64,000 nt of DNA from positions 32,001 to 96,000 of the forward strand of contig CBDBPB010000008.1 of NCBI GenBank assembly GCA_965208615.1, in the 5' to 3' direction. A program made the position numbers and the translations under genes. Shown here piece by piece: positions 1-10,964 of this stretch (positions are counted from its first letter, which is position 1; every line of letters starts with the position of its first letter). The notes below the pieces were generated by a model that was not told the origin of the DNA, made no database searches, and worked only from the letters and a program-made list of their open reading frames with translations. This DNA comes from Spirochaetota bacterium (lineage in GTDB: Bacteria > Spirochaetota > UBA6919 > CBDBPB01).

Positions 1-1699
1 TTGCATACTCATCACCTCTTATTTCTGCAATAAGGTGTTCAATCTCATCTTTGGGTACTAAATAATTAGTCATAACCCTTGCAAATATCTCTATTGATGT
101 CTCATACTCCTGTGGGATAACATCATTAGCACCAAGCTCATATAGGAATAGCACCTCACCTAAAAACCTTGTCCTTGCTATAATATAAAGCTCATCACTA
201 ATAGACCTTACCGATTTAATAATTCTCTTAGTAGCGGAGTGATCAGAAATAGCAATTACAACTACTCTTGCCCTATCACAACTAACATGATTAAGAATAG
301 AGGTATAACTGGCATCACCAAAATAAATTGGCTCACCGTTAGATCGTTCCTGTTTAACCGTATCAGAGTTCATCTCTATAATTACATAGGGTATTTTTGC
401 GACTTTAGCCGCTCTGGATAAATTACGACCGTTAACACCAAAACCTATAATAATAAGATGACCCTCTAAACCAATATATTGGCTATCCTTCGATTCTGAA
501 TGTCTCCCAAAAAGCAACTTCTTTGGTATAGGTAACTTTAATAAAAACTTTGACATATACGGAGAAAGCTTTATTATAAAAGGTGTTAAGGTCATGGTTA
601 GTATTGTTATGGATAGTATATAATGATAAATATCGTCATTATGGGAAATTAAATTATACTTTATACCCGTCTCAAAGAGTACAAAAGAGAACTCCCCCAC
701 CTGGGAGATAGAAAAACCAAGTAATAAAGACGTCCTAAGAGGAAAACCCAATATAATACCAGTAGTACAGGAGATAATACTTTTTAATATAAGTACTGGT
801 AATGTTAGCAGTATAATGACTAGGGGTTCCCTTAATAAAAAGTTAATGTCCAAAAGCATTCCAATGGATATAAAAAAAAAGCTTGTAAATATACTCTTAA
901 AAGGGAGTATGTTATTAACAGCTTGATGGCTATATTCAGACTCGGATATAATAAGTCCTGCTAAAAACCCTCCAAGAGCAAATGATAAACCTAATTTATG
1001 ACTTATAAATGCTAAAGCAAAACAAATGACAAACATACTAAGTAAAAAAAGCTCATTACTACGAGTTTTTGTAATTTGATAAAGTATTATAGGTATTATC
1101 CACTTAGTACCAACAATTACAAAAAGAATAATGCCTATAGTTTTTGCAGTAAGCAAAAGTAAAGAGTTAATAATATTATCCCCTGCTCCAGCTAGAAATG
1201 GTATTATAAGCATCATTGGTACAAAAATAATATCCTGGAATATAAGTATTGCAAGAATCATACGTCCATGAGGGCTAGCAATTTCAGCTCTATCTTGAAC
1301 AATCTTTAATACAATAGCCGTACTACTCAAGGATATTAAAAAACCTATAAAAACAGCCTTTTCAATCGATATACCCAATTGTAGAACAACTAAAAAAATA
1401 ATTAGAACGGTAAGTAAAACCTGTATTAATCCACCTAGTAAAACGTACTTTCTTATTTTTAAAAGCTTTTTTAATGAAAACTCTATACCAATAATAAAAA
1501 GTAGTAATACCACACCAACTTCAGCTAAGCCTTCTACTTCTTTAACTGCATCAATCAGGCCTAGGCCGTGGGGTCCTACTATTATCCCGGTAAATAAAAA
1601 GCCTACTACTTCAGGAACTCTAATCCTGTGAAATAAAAATAATACACCTACTGATAAGCCGAATATTAGTATAATATCCTTTAGTAAAGGAGTCTCCAT
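1..1699 (-). CDS. CPA2/KefC-type monovalent cation:proton antiporter with C-terminal KTN (TrkA-N) domain, 3' end outside window
   Basis: Not in ORF track because it runs off the edge. ATG at 1699 reads METPLLKDIILIFGLSVGVLFLFHRIRVPEVVGFLFTGIIVGPHGLG...LAEVGVVLLLFIIGIEFS. ILIFQD, LSQVGEFSFVL and IIIGFGVNGRN motifs follow. Confidence 0.9.
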   Translation of the reverse strand, partial: METPLLKDIILIFGLSVGVLFLFHRIRVPEVVGFLFTGIIVGPHGLGLIDAVKEVEGLAEVGVVLLLFIIGIEFSLKKLLKIRKYVLLGGLIQVLLTVLIIFLVVLQLGISIEKAVFIGFLISLSSTAIVLKIVQDRAEIASPHGRMILAILIFQDIIFVPMMLIIPFLAGAGDNIINSLLLLTAKTIGIILFVIVGTKWIIPIILYQITKTRSNELFLLSMFVICFALAFISHKLGLSFALGGFLAGLIISESEYSHQAVNNILPFKSIFTSFFFISIGMLLDINFLLREPLVIILLTLPVLILKSIISCTTGIILGFPLRTSLLLGFSISQVGEFSFVLFETGIKYNLISHNDDIYHYILSITILTMTLTPFIIKLSPYMSKFLLKLPIPKKLLFGRHSESKDSQYIGLEGHLIIIGFGVNGRNLSRAAKVAKIPYVIIEMNSDTVKQERSNGEPIYFGDASYTSILNHVSCDRARVVVIAISDHSATKRIIKSVRSISDELYIIARTRFLGEVLFLYELGANDVIPQEYETSIEIFARVMTNYLVPKDEIEHLIAEIRGDEYA

Positions 1700-1852
1700 A
1701 TTTAATACTCTTTATAAGTCATTCCTAAGCTGTTATTTTATATACATATATTTAAACTTAAGATAATTTTACTTTTCTGTAAAGTACCTATTGTACAATT
1801 AAAAGTCCTAATATACAAGCACACACTCCAACATAGGCAAAAGTAAATATAA

Positions 1853-1880
1853 TAAAAAAAAGAGGAGCCATGCTCCCCTT
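1853..1880 (-). terminator. Intrinsic terminator of beta-helix gene 1
   Basis: Minus-strand RNA GGGGAGC-AUG-GCUCCUC followed by a U run, just after the stop at 1907. Confidence 0.75.
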
Positions 1881-1906
1881 AGTTTTAACGGATTAAATAA
1901 ATATAC

Positions 1907-3220
1907 TTACTGGCCTGACTCAAGGTTTGACTGTACAAGATTATATGTATTATCAACCTTTTTATTTTCATCATTACCCGTTCCATAAGTTGGAGTGCCT
2001 GTTATGTTTGAGTCAGGAACACCAGCTTTACCAACAACATTATAGATAGCACCACCTATTCCTTCTTTTTTACTTTGAATACTACCAGCAATGTTTTTCT
2101 TAAAAACCACAGTATTATCTAAAGAGGGATGGCTATCATGTTCATTAGCCATGGCTCCTCCCTTTTCTGAGGCCGTATTACCAATAAAAGTCACATTTGT
2201 TAACTTGGGACTACTGCCATGATTACGCATAGCCCCCCCTTGTATGCCCGCATTACTAGTAAAAGTTACATTATCTAAAGTGGGATTACTGCTACTCCTA
2301 TTATACATCCCAGATCCGTATGAGGCTTCATTGTTATCAAAAGTCACATTATCTAAAGTGGGATTGCTATTATAAGTATTAGCTATACCTCCTCCTCTTC
2401 CAAATTTGTCAGAAGTGTTTTCCCCTGTGGATATATTACCAGTAAAAGTCACATTTGTTAACTTGCAACTGCTTTTCCAGTTACGCATAGCCCCTCCGTA
2501 TATTCTAGCCGTATTATTAGTAAAAGTTACATTTGTTAGAGTGAGCTTGTCATTTTCCTTATTATACATGCCTCCTCCATATTGAGCCTCATTGTTATCA
2601 AAAGTCACATTATTTAAAGTGGGAGAGCTAATATGATTATACATTGCCCCTCCAGTATCATGAGGAGAAGTACCATTAGCATTACCTTTGGTAATAGTAA
2701 CAGCCTCTAACTTTGAAGTATTATCTAAGGGTTGACTACTAGGATGATAAAAAACGTGGTAGACATTATCACTATTATTGTTTTCTGTTCCAATATCACC
2801 ACTTATAATAGTCTTATAGCTATTAGGATCGTTAGACTCACCAATATTTTCACCGGGAAAGCCTCCAATAACCTCTATACCATTCCTTAATGAAAAATGC
2901 TTATAACGATCACCACTACCACCATTTGGATGACTAGTAGGCTTATATGTCCCTTGGGCTATATATACCTTAATAGGCTTAGGCTTGGCTGAGGCCGCAT
3001 TAATACCATCTTGTAAATTACCATAAGCTTTTTGCCAGTTTGTTCCGTCTCCACCAGTTACCCCTACTTTTACAAAAACTCCGCCTTGTTCAGCTATTTG
3101 AGCATAGCCGTAAGAAGAAGTAAAGGGATTTATTACATCACTAGCTCCACACTTGCCTCTAAACATCGAAAAACTAATTAATAATATTATCAAGATATTA
3201 AAATAGTTTTTTTTAGTCAT
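1907..3220 (-). CDS. Exported right-handed parallel beta-helix protein with Pmp-like GG(A/G)M..FxxN repeats (paralog 1, 7 repeats), possible lipoprotein
   Basis: Signal peptide followed by Cys; DUF1565-like VYIAQGTYKP N-domain; GGAM/GGGM-xN...VTFxxN repeats; C-terminal LVQSNLE shared with paralogs. Confidence 0.8.
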   Translation of the reverse strand: MTKKNYFNILIILLISFSMFRGKCGASDVINPFTSSYGYAQIAEQGGVFVKVGVTGGDGTNWQKAYGNLQDGINAASAKPKPIKVYIAQGTYKPTSHPNGGSGDRYKHFSLRNGIEVIGGFPGENIGESNDPNSYKTIISGDIGTENNNSDNVYHVFYHPSSQPLDNTSKLEAVTITKGNANGTSPHDTGGAMYNHISSPTLNNVTFDNNEAQYGGGMYNKENDKLTLTNVTFTNNTARIYGGAMRNWKSSCKLTNVTFTGNISTGENTSDKFGRGGGIANTYNSNPTLDNVTFDNNEASYGSGMYNRSSSNPTLDNVTFTSNAGIQGGAMRNHGSSPKLTNVTFIGNTASEKGGAMANEHDSHPSLDNTVVFKKNIAGSIQSKKEGIGGAIYNVVGKAGVPDSNITGTPTYGTGNDENKKVDNTYNLVQSNLESGQ

Positions 3221-3558
3221 AATTTATTTCCTCGTTTTTTTAGCTTATATTTATAAGATAAGTAAAGTTAAACAAGAAACTAGTTTTTATTGGATATTTA
3301 TTAACGATGTTAGTAAAGTTTTACTGTTCTAAACATGCACTCCAAGGTCGACATCCATAAATAGAATAAAAGGACGTTTTATGATAACTTCATAAAATGT
3401 AAAGTTATAACAGCTTTATTATACTAATACTCCATAACTCCGATGCAATTTATATACTAAAACAGCTATAAAAAGTATATGGAACTTTATAACACTCCTA
3501 AAATAACCTAATTTTATAATAGTCCAGCAAGGCAATCTATTGCAATATAGAAAAGTTA

Positions 3559-3587
3559 TTGACTGGTAATACTAAATTTAGTATCAT
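3559..3587 (+). promoter_or_regulatory. Putative sigma70 promoter of trpB2
   Basis: TTGACT-N17-TATCAT upstream of GGAGG RBS. Confidence 0.55.
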
Positions 3588-3617
3588 TTATATGTTTGCA
3601 AATATATGGAGGCACCA

Positions 3618-4970
3618 ATGAAAAAAACTCAAATTGTCTTAGAACCAAAAGATATACCAAAACAATGGTACAATATTATGGCTGATATGCCCAATAAACC
3701 AAAACCACCTTTACATCCAGGTACTAAACAGCCTGCTGGACCAGATGACCTATCTGCAATATTCCCAATGTCCCTAATCTTACAAGAGGTATCAGAAGAA
3801 CGTTGGATAAGTATACCCGATGAAATATTGGATATTTATTCATTATGGAGACCATCACCATTATTTAGAGCATATAGATTGGAAGAGGCTTTAAATACTC
3901 CTGCAAGAATATATTATAAATATGAAGGCGTTAGTCCGGCTGGAAGCCATAAGCCTAATACTGCTATTCCTCAGGCTTACTATAACAAAGAAGCCGGTAT
4001 TAAGCGTATATCTACCGAAACTGGGGCTGGTCAATGGGGATCGGCTTTATCTCTTGCTGGATCATTCTTTGGCATAGAAATTGTAGTGTATATGGTAAGA
4101 GTTAGCTATTCCCAAAAGCCGTACAGAAGAATAGCTATGGAAACTTGGGGTGGCAGTGTCTATCCTAGTCCAAGCAATAAAACTAATGCTGGACGTAAAA
4201 TATTAAAAGACGATCCTAATAACCCGGGTAGCCTTGGTATAGCAATATCAGAGGCTGTGGAAGATGCGGCTACTAGGGATGATACTAACTATTCCCTTGG
4301 ATCTGTTCTAAACCATGTACTGTTACATCAGACAGTTATAGGTTTAGAGGCTAAAAAGCAGATGGAAATAGCAAATGACTATCCTGATATCATAATAGCC
4401 AGTTGTGGAGGGGGAAGTAATCTTGCTGGTCTGTCTTTTCCATTTATACGGGATAAAATAAACGGTAAAGACTTAAGAGTAATAGCCGCTGAACCTAAAT
4501 CTTGTCCCACTCTAACTAAGGGAGCTTTTACTTATGACTTTGGGGATGCAGTGGGCTTAACCCCATTATTGCATATGTATACCCTTGGACATGATTTTAT
4601 ACCCCCTGGTATTCATGCTGGGGGACTTCGTTATCACGCTGACGCACCTTTAATTTGTCAGTTGCATGCTGATGGACTTATTGAGGCAAAAGCTTACAAC
4701 CAAACTAGTGTATTTGAAGCAGGTGTAAAATTTGCTAAGTCAGAGGGTATAATACCTGCACCAGAAAGTGCTCATGCTATTAAGTCCGCCATAGACGAGG
4801 CTAATATTGCAAAAGAAGAAGGTATAGAAAAAACTATATTATTCAATCTTAGCGGACACGGATATTTAGACTTACAAGCCTTTTCGGATTATATTAGTGG
4901 TGAGCTGGTTGATTATGATCTGTCAGACAAAAAAATAAAAGAATCCATTGACAAGCTGTCCAGCTTATAA
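3618..4970 (+). CDS. trpB2: TrpB2-type tryptophan synthase beta-like PLP enzyme
   Basis: GSHKPN PLP lysine, [27 protein letters not shown]. Start moved to ATG 3618 after GGAGG. Confidence 0.93.
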   Translation: MKKTQIVLEPKDIPKQWYNIMADMPNKPKPPLHPGTKQPAGPDDLSAIFPMSLILQEVSEERWISIPDEILDIYSLWRPSPLFRAYRLEEALNTPARIYYKYEGVSPAGSHKPNTAIPQAYYNKEAGIKRISTETGAGQWGSALSLAGSFFGIEIVVYMVRVSYSQKPYRRIAMETWGGSVYPSPSNKTNAGRKILKDDPNNPGSLGIAISEAVEDAATRDDTNYSLGSVLNHVLLHQTVIGLEAKKQMEIANDYPDIIIASCGGGSNLAGLSFPFIRDKINGKDLRVIAAEPKSCPTLTKGAFTYDFGDAVGLTPLLHMYTLGHDFIPPGIHAGGLRYHADAPLICQLHADGLIEAKAYNQTSVFEAGVKFAKSEGIIPAPESAHAIKSAIDEANIAKEEGIEKTILFNLSGHGYLDLQAFSDYISGELVDYDLSDKKIKESIDKLSSL

Positions 4971-4978
4971 AGCTAATA

Positions 4979-5000
4979 AGAGATGCCGCAAGGCATTTCT
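4979..5000. terminator. Hairpin between convergent trpB2 and clpP
   Basis: AGAGATGCC-GCAA-GGCATTTCT stem-loop with GNRA loop. Confidence 0.55.
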
Positions 5001-5002
5001 TA

Positions 5003-5629
5003 TTATATATTGTTAAGTTCGTCGGTAGATGTTAGAACCTTATCAATAAGAGCTTTTGGTCCGTATTTCAGTGCTTGATTAGCAGTCATCCAGAAATCTC
5101 TATCTATGTCATTTTTTATATCCTCTGGAGACTTTCCAGTTGCTTCTACATAAATATTTATAATACGATTTTTGGTATTGATCATTTCTTTTGCCTGAAT
5201 CTCTATATCAGCGGCACTACCTCTATATACCCCGCTTATTAGAGGTTGATGGATTAACATCATAGCATTTGGAAGAGCATATCTATATCCTGTATTAGCT
5301 CCTAAGGATAGTATTGAGCCCATACTAGCTGCAAAGCCCATTACAACGGTTTTAATTAGAGGTTTAATAAGCTTCATCATATCAAAAATAGCGAATCCTG
5401 AAAATATTTCTCCACCCGGGGAGTTTATAAATATTGTTATTGGTTTATTGGGCTCTTCATTTTCTAATAATAATAATTGATTGGTTACTCTATTGGCTAA
5501 CTTGGAGTCCACTTCACTGGATATAACAATTTTACGAGCTTTTAATAATTTATCTTGCATTGAGGTTTTATCTTTATCTTCTTCTTTATCTTTGCAGTTG
5601 TTAAGTTGATTCATTATTTTCTCCGTCAA
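5003..5629 (-). CDS. clpP: ATP-dependent Clp protease proteolytic subunit
   Basis: INSPGG, AASMG catalytic Ser, IHQP catalytic His, DRDFWM. TTGACT-N17-TATCTT promoter at about 5648-5676. Confidence 0.95.
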   Translation of the reverse strand: MTEKIMNQLNNCKDKEEDKDKTSMQDKLLKARKIVISSEVDSKLANRVTNQLLLLENEEPNKPITIFINSPGGEIFSGFAIFDMMKLIKPLIKTVVMGFAASMGSILSLGANTGYRYALPNAMMLIHQPLISGVYRGSAADIEIQAKEMINTKNRIINIYVEATGKSPEDIKNDIDRDFWMTANQALKYGPKALIDKVLTSTDELNNI

Positions 5630-6064
5630 AATATTGTCCTAAAGTTAAAGATAGTAACTTATAATAAAACAGTCAAGCCACCATCTGCCTATGTTGTTAG
5701 CAAACATAGTTTTTATATATTGATATAAGAGTTTTAATTGTAAAGAAGTTTTAGTAGTTTACTTTTTACGGTTCTTGTTTATTCATAAAGAATTAGGTAT
5801 ATTTTTGAAGTTTTACATATAAAATGAATATATGATATTTAAATAATCCGTCCTACGCTTTTATGAAAAAGCAAATTCCTTAAGACTTAATAAAGGTATA
5901 TAATTCTTAATCTCAATAATAGATTCTTAATAGTTCTCATAAGAATACCTTTTCCACATCAATGTTAAAAAGTTTAACAATATCTAACCTCTTAGACTCA
6001 AAACTTGACAAAAAAAGTAACTTTTATTAATCTTTTTTATTAAAAGATAAATTAAGGAAGACTA

Positions 6065-7423
6065 ATGACTAAAATAAAGCATTTTAAAAAAGGTGGCGTT
6101 CATCCTAATGAAAATAAAGGTCGTAGCTCTTCTAAAGAAATAAAAAATGCTGATTATCCAAAAATTGTAAAAATACCACTGCAACAACATTTAGGCTCCC
6201 CTGCTAAGTGCATTGTAAAAGTGGGCGACATCGTTAATACGGGTGATGTTATTGCTCAGGCTTCCGGTATTATGTCCAGTAATATACACTCCTCCATTGA
6301 CGGTACCGTAAAGGATATTGTTATAGAAAACTCATCCATAGGTATTCCCTGTGAAATGGTGGTAATCGAGTTTAGAGGCGAGTTTCAAGGACTAATTGGT
6401 AAGTATAAACAGAATATTGAATGGAGAACTCTTGATAGAAATACTATATTACAAAAAATAAGAGATGCAGGTATTGTTGGCCTAGGTGGTGCGGCTTTCC
6501 CTACCCATATAAAAATTAATCCCCCAAAAGATAAAACTATTGACTTCTTGATCGCTAATGGCGCTGAATGCGAACCCTTCCTAACTTGTGACCATCGACT
6601 TATGATAGAAAAAGCCGTAGAAATACTCGAGGGACTAAAAATACTCATGACCATGATGGATATTAATAAAGCAATAATAGCTATAGAAAATAATAAAAAA
6701 GATGCTATAAAACTTATGGAGCATATTTGCAATAAGGAAGATAATATTAATGTTGTTCCTCTTAGAGTTAGGTACCCACAAGGTGCAGAAAAACAAATAA
6801 TTGAAGCTATATTTAAAAAAGAAGTACCTTCAGGCGGTCTGCCCATGGATGTGGGCTGTGTAGTCTCTAATGTCGGCACCCTATACTCCGTTTATGAGGC
6901 TGTTGTACACGATAAAGTATTAACAGAGAGAATCGTTACTGTTAGCGGAAATATAGTAAAAAATCCCGGTAACTATAAAACTAAAATTGGTACCCTAATA
7001 AAAGATCTACTAGGAGAGTGCCTGCTATCTGAAACTCCTAAAAAAGTGATTGCTGGCGGACCAATGATGGGATTTAGTCAACTAAATCTAAATGCACCCA
7101 TTACTAAGGGTACTTCCGGTGTGCTAGTTTTTTCAGAAAATGAACTGGATGATACTCCTGAAGGACAGTGTATACGTTGTGCCTCGTGTGTAAGAGCTTG
7201 TCCTATGTATTTAATGCCCAATTCTATGAAAGAACTTTGTAATGCTAATTTATTTGAAGATGTAAAAAAAATTGGCTTATTAGACTGCATCGAATGCGGA
7301 TCATGTAGTTATGTTTGTCCTTCAAAAATACCCCTTGTTCAATATTTTAGATATGCTAAAGTGATGCTTAGAATTCAGAAAAAGTACTCTGGATACAAAA
7401 TACCTGTTATACCCTTAAGCTGA
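6065..7423 (+). CDS. rnfC: Rnf/Rsx electron transport complex subunit C
   Basis: GGVHP, GIVGLGGAAFPT, NGAECEP, YPQGAEKQ, GGPMMG and two CxxCxxCxxxCP clusters. Confidence 0.95.
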   Translation: MTKIKHFKKGGVHPNENKGRSSSKEIKNADYPKIVKIPLQQHLGSPAKCIVKVGDIVNTGDVIAQASGIMSSNIHSSIDGTVKDIVIENSSIGIPCEMVVIEFRGEFQGLIGKYKQNIEWRTLDRNTILQKIRDAGIVGLGGAAFPTHIKINPPKDKTIDFLIANGAECEPFLTCDHRLMIEKAVEILEGLKILMTMMDINKAIIAIENNKKDAIKLMEHICNKEDNINVVPLRVRYPQGAEKQIIEAIFKKEVPSGGLPMDVGCVVSNVGTLYSVYEAVVHDKVLTERIVTVSGNIVKNPGNYKTKIGTLIKDLLGECLLSETPKKVIAGGPMMGFSQLNLNAPITKGTSGVLVFSENELDDTPEGQCIRCASCVRACPMYLMPNSMKELCNANLFEDVKKIGLLDCIECGSCSYVCPSKIPLVQYFRYAKVMLRIQKKYSGYKIPVIPLS

Positions 7424-7504
7424 TTTTTTTAAATTAATTAATTGTCTTTTTAAAAGGTTTTATTATTTTAAAAACTAGATTATTTTATAATATTAGGAGC
7501 TGAC

Positions 7505-7696
7505 ATGGCAAAAGAAATCTACATAGATAAGGATGAGTGTACAAGTTGTGCCCAATGTGCGGATAACTTGCCAGAAGTTTTTGGAATGGATGATGATGAT
7601 ATTGCTTATGTTATTGACTCTGGAGCAGGTTCTGAAGAAGCTATACAAGAAGAGATTGACCAATGCCCAGGTGAGTGTATTCATTGGAAAGAATAG
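7505..7696 (+). CDS. Small monocluster ferredoxin
   Basis: CTSCAQC...CP, acidic, AGGAG RBS. Confidence 0.9.
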   Translation: MAKEIYIDKDECTSCAQCADNLPEVFGMDDDDIAYVIDSGAGSEEAIQEEIDQCPGECIHWKE

Positions 7697-7836
7697 TATA
7701 TTATTTACTCGAGGTCTATACCTTGAGTAAGTATACAAATCTAGATTTTTAACTTTCTTCATTAATAACTTTTAAATAAGCTGTCTTAAAAAGCCTTATT
7801 TCTTAGTATCAAACTATACCAGTTAATGTATATCAA

Positions 7837-8157
7837 TTAGACCTTTAGTTTTTTTCCTAACCGTTCTTCGATAGAGGCTATCTTGGATAGCAGTCGAGAG
7901 TTACTATTTTTACGATAGTCCACTTTGATCTGAATAGAAATCCTATCCGAGCTTTCCTGCATTTTACTAAAACACTGATTTACAACATCAAATACCTTAT
8001 CCCATGATCCCTCTATTACAGTACCCATCGGATTAAGACGATAATCCAGTCCACTTTTGTCTATTATATCCAATGACTTTGCCACATACTTACTTAGGCT
8101 TTTACCCTTATCCAAAGGAGACATGCTAAACTCTAATAATATATTATTATCGGACAT
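7837..8157 (-). CDS. MTH1187/YkoF (thiamine-binding, DUF77) family protein
   Basis: EFSMSP...SLSKYVA...SGLDYRLNPMGTVIEG...IKVDYR. Confidence 0.85.
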   Translation of the reverse strand: MSDNNILLEFSMSPLDKGKSLSKYVAKSLDIIDKSGLDYRLNPMGTVIEGSWDKVFDVVNQCFSKMQESSDRISIQIKVDYRKNSNSRLLSKIASIEERLGKKLKV

Positions 8158-8181
8158 AAGCTCTCCTTATAAGATTTATTT

Positions 8182-8466
8182 TTAATCAAACAGATCATCA
8201 AAAGTTTTTTTACTACTATTATTTTTCTTTTTTTGCTCACTAGCACTTTTAAACTTAAAATATTCGCATACATTGGCTTTTTCTTTATCCAAAAGCCTTT
8301 CTGCTGATGACTCCCTACACTCATTATAGCTATGCTCATCATAAAATCCGCAGTTTAGGCATACATGAAGATCATAATCGCAGTTATCACAAACATCACG
8401 AAAGCTTATTTTTCTGTCCTCTTGCTCCTTATTACAATTATGACATAAATACATAGCTCTACTCAA
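8182..8466 (-). CDS. Cys-rich conserved hypothetical (putative Zn/Fe-binding) protein
   Basis: CHNC...CDNC..DLHVCLNCGFYD...NECRE...ANVCEYF. Confidence 0.7.
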   Translation of the reverse strand: MSRAMYLCHNCNKEQEDRKISFRDVCDNCDYDLHVCLNCGFYDEHSYNECRESSAERLLDKEKANVCEYFKFKSASEQKKKNNSSKKTFDDLFD

Positions 8467-8704
8467 TATAAAAGTCTAGCCCTACACTCCCAGGTTCTTT
8501 TTCAAGCATGTTTTTTAGTATTTCGAATAAATTGACTTCTTCTTCAGAAACTGCATTCTCTTGTAATGTTTTTATCGTTTCTAAGTTAATAGAAAAGTCT
8601 TCATCTGTATCGTTTTCACTCAACAGGTGAGCTTTTAAAAAACTATACTGTTCCTTGTTAATTTCGCAAATAGATTCGTTATTACGTATGTTATATATTT
8701 TCAT
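8459..8704 (-). CDS. Small acidic hypothetical protein
   Basis: 81-aa ORF tightly coupled to dapA and overlapping the next gene. Confidence 0.6.
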   Translation of the reverse strand: MKIYNIRNNESICEINKEQYSFLKAHLLSENDTDEDFSINLETIKTLQENAVSEEEVNLFEILKNMLEKEPGSVGLDFYIE

Positions 8705-8706
8705 AA

Positions 8707-9576
8707 TTATAATAAACCAGACTTCTCCATAATACCTCTAAGACGGCTTTTATTATAAGATGTCATCTCACATAATGGGAGTCTCACTTGTGAACTACAT
8801 AAACCCATAAAACTAAGAGCCTGCTTAACTGGAACTGGATTAGTCTCTAAAAACATCCCCTTTATTAGATTTAAATAAGTGTATAAAAAGTTCTTTGCCT
8901 TAGCTAAATTACCATCAAGACAGTTTTGTACAAAAATAGAACTCTCTTTTGGAAGAACGTTTGATATTACAGAAATAACCCCATGACCACCTATACTACA
9001 AATAGGCAGGGTTAAAGCATCATCTCCGGATAAAATAAAGAAATCTTTAGCACTTTCTATAATTCTCATCGCCTGTTCTAAACTACCAGATGCCTCTTTA
9101 ATACCAACTATATTTTTATGTTCAGACAGCTTTATAACAGTATTCACGTCCATATTAACAGCTGTACGAGATTGGATGTTATATAGTATTATAGGAATAT
9201 TAACCTCATCAGCCACGTTAATAAAGTGTTTATAAAGGCCTTCTTGACTAGGCTTATTATAATAAGGTGTTACCATTAAAACTCCATCAGCTTTTACCTC
9301 TTTTGCGTGACGGGTTAAGTTTACTGCTTCTTTTGTACTGTTAGAGCCAGTACCAGCAATTACAGGCACCCTATTTTTAGTGATTTCTACTGTAAAGCGA
9401 ACCACCTCATTATGTTCATCATGAGAAAGAGTAGCAGATTCACCAGTAGTACCACAAACTACTATTCCGTTAACACCGTTATCAATTTGAAAGTTAATAA
9501 GCTTTTCAAAACTATTATAGTCAACCTTTTCATCCTTAAAAGGGGTAACTATTGCAACAAGATTAGATTTAAACAT
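8707..9576 (-). CDS. dapA: 4-hydroxy-tetrahydrodipicolinate synthase
   Basis: AIVTPF, GTTGES, PYYNKP, YNIQSRT, GIKEASG, SGDD, ETNPVPVK. Confidence 0.95.
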   Translation of the reverse strand: MFKSNLVAIVTPFKDEKVDYNSFEKLINFQIDNGVNGIVVCGTTGESATLSHDEHNEVVRFTVEITKNRVPVIAGTGSNSTKEAVNLTRHAKEVKADGVLMVTPYYNKPSQEGLYKHFINVADEVNIPIILYNIQSRTAVNMDVNTVIKLSEHKNIVGIKEASGSLEQAMRIIESAKDFFILSGDDALTLPICSIGGHGVISVISNVLPKESSIFVQNCLDGNLAKAKNFLYTYLNLIKGMFLETNPVPVKQALSFMGLCSSQVRLPLCEMTSYNKSRLRGIMEKSGLL

Positions 9577-9869
9577 AAGTCTCACTCAAAATAAATTATT
9601 TATTTAAATTAATATAGTCTTATAATAAAGTAGCAAACTAAAGTTACATTATTATAACTAATTAGTCAAGGAAAACTATACCCTTAGAAAAAAAACTGCT
9701 CCGTTAAAATAACTAAGCTATTTACTTATAGTCATTGATCGCCTTAGAATGCTTTTTCTATAAACATTATTAGTAATATTAGTTGACTTTATAGTAAAGG
9801 AATATTAGTATATAAACTAATTATAATTAATGTTTTGTATTCTAAAATAGACCATAAAAGAGTTTGACT

Positions 9870-10709
9870 ATGTTTTCTGTAAAGGTTAACGGAGAACTTA
9901 TTAGCAAAGAAACTGTTAACTATAAATTAAAAAAGTTTATAGACTTGTATAAAAAAAATAACTTCGATAAAAAGATAAATAAACAAAAAATAGAAAATCT
10001 TAAAATAGAACTACTCCAACAGCTAACTGATGAATTATTAATAGTCCAATACGGCAAAAGGAATAATCTTATACCTAGTAATCGTGAGATAGAACTAGAA
10101 CTCTCTAAAATAACTTATAACATAAACAATAAAAATGAGACGGCTAATGTTATTAACGATATTACTAATAAGCTAATTATTTATAAAGTAGTTGAAAACA
10201 GCCTGTCAGACTACATTGACTATGATAAAGCTTTAACTGCGTTATATGAGCAAAATAAACAACATTTTTCTATAGGTAGGGCGGTCAAAGTTAGGCATAT
10301 ATTAATAAAAATAGTATCTGAAGAAGATGCCCTTTTAAAAATAGAGTCGGCTCTTAAAAGAGTAAGGCAGGGGGAAGACTTTGCAGAGGTTGCTAAGGAT
10401 ATATCCGAATGTCAAAGCTCGTTAAGAGGCGGGGATATTGGATATATTACCGCTAATAAAGTTTGTCAAGAAGTGGAGAGTCGTGCATTTGATCTAAAGA
10501 AATATGAAATTAGTGATATTTTTAAAACAGAGTTCGGCTTTCATATAATCCAGGTTTTGGATAAGGTTGAAAATTATATTGCTCCTTTTGAATCAGTAAA
10601 AGAAAAGCTTGCCGAATTTCTTTATAGGGGTGCAAAAAAACAAGTATTAAATACAATTTTGGACTCTCTTAAAGAAAAAGCAGAAATTGAATATATTGAG
10701 TTAGGATAA
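9870..10709 (+). CDS. PpiC/parvulin-type peptidyl-prolyl isomerase with SurA_N-like region
   Basis: VRHILI, FAEVAKDISEC, GGDIG, TEFGFHII. No signal peptide seen. Confidence 0.85.
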   Translation: MFSVKVNGELISKETVNYKLKKFIDLYKKNNFDKKINKQKIENLKIELLQQLTDELLIVQYGKRNNLIPSNREIELELSKITYNINNKNETANVINDITNKLIIYKVVENSLSDYIDYDKALTALYEQNKQHFSIGRAVKVRHILIKIVSEEDALLKIESALKRVRQGEDFAEVAKDISECQSSLRGGDIGYITANKVCQEVESRAFDLKKYEISDIFKTEFGFHIIQVLDKVENYIAPFESVKEKLAEFLYRGAKKQVLNTILDSLKEKAEIEYIELG

Positions 10710-10715
10710 AATATT

Positions 10716-10949
10716 ATGGATAAAAATAAACTAATACAAAATATTCTTGCTTATCAAAAAAAGCTTGTTAAGATTTTAAAGGCTGAAGAACGATTGTCTA
10801 ATATATTCCCCATAAATAAGTTACGCTTAGAAAAACAAACAAGAGCTCGAAATAACGTCATCAATAATATTAATAACGAATTAAAAGTCCTTATCAATAT
10901 GGGAGAGAAGTTTAAACTTAAGCGTACAAAAAAGTTAGAAAAATCTTAG
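10716..10949 (+). CDS. Small basic hypothetical protein
   Basis: 77-aa ORF directly after the PPIase. Confidence 0.45.
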   Translation: MDKNKLIQNILAYQKKLVKILKAEERLSNIFPINKLRLEKQTRARNNVINNINNELKVLINMGEKFKLKRTKKLEKS

Positions 10950-10964
10950 GTAGTTTGATAAGCT

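Noticed and set aside
239-421. 60-aa plus-strand ORF
   Set aside because: Antisense to the Kef-type antiporter gene.
6385-7290. Short antisense ORFs over rnfC (likewise over ptsI, murA, yidC, jag, mnmE, HD-GYP, sat, asnB and RND genes)
   Set aside because: They fully overlap well-supported genes on the opposite strand and carry no recognisable motifs.
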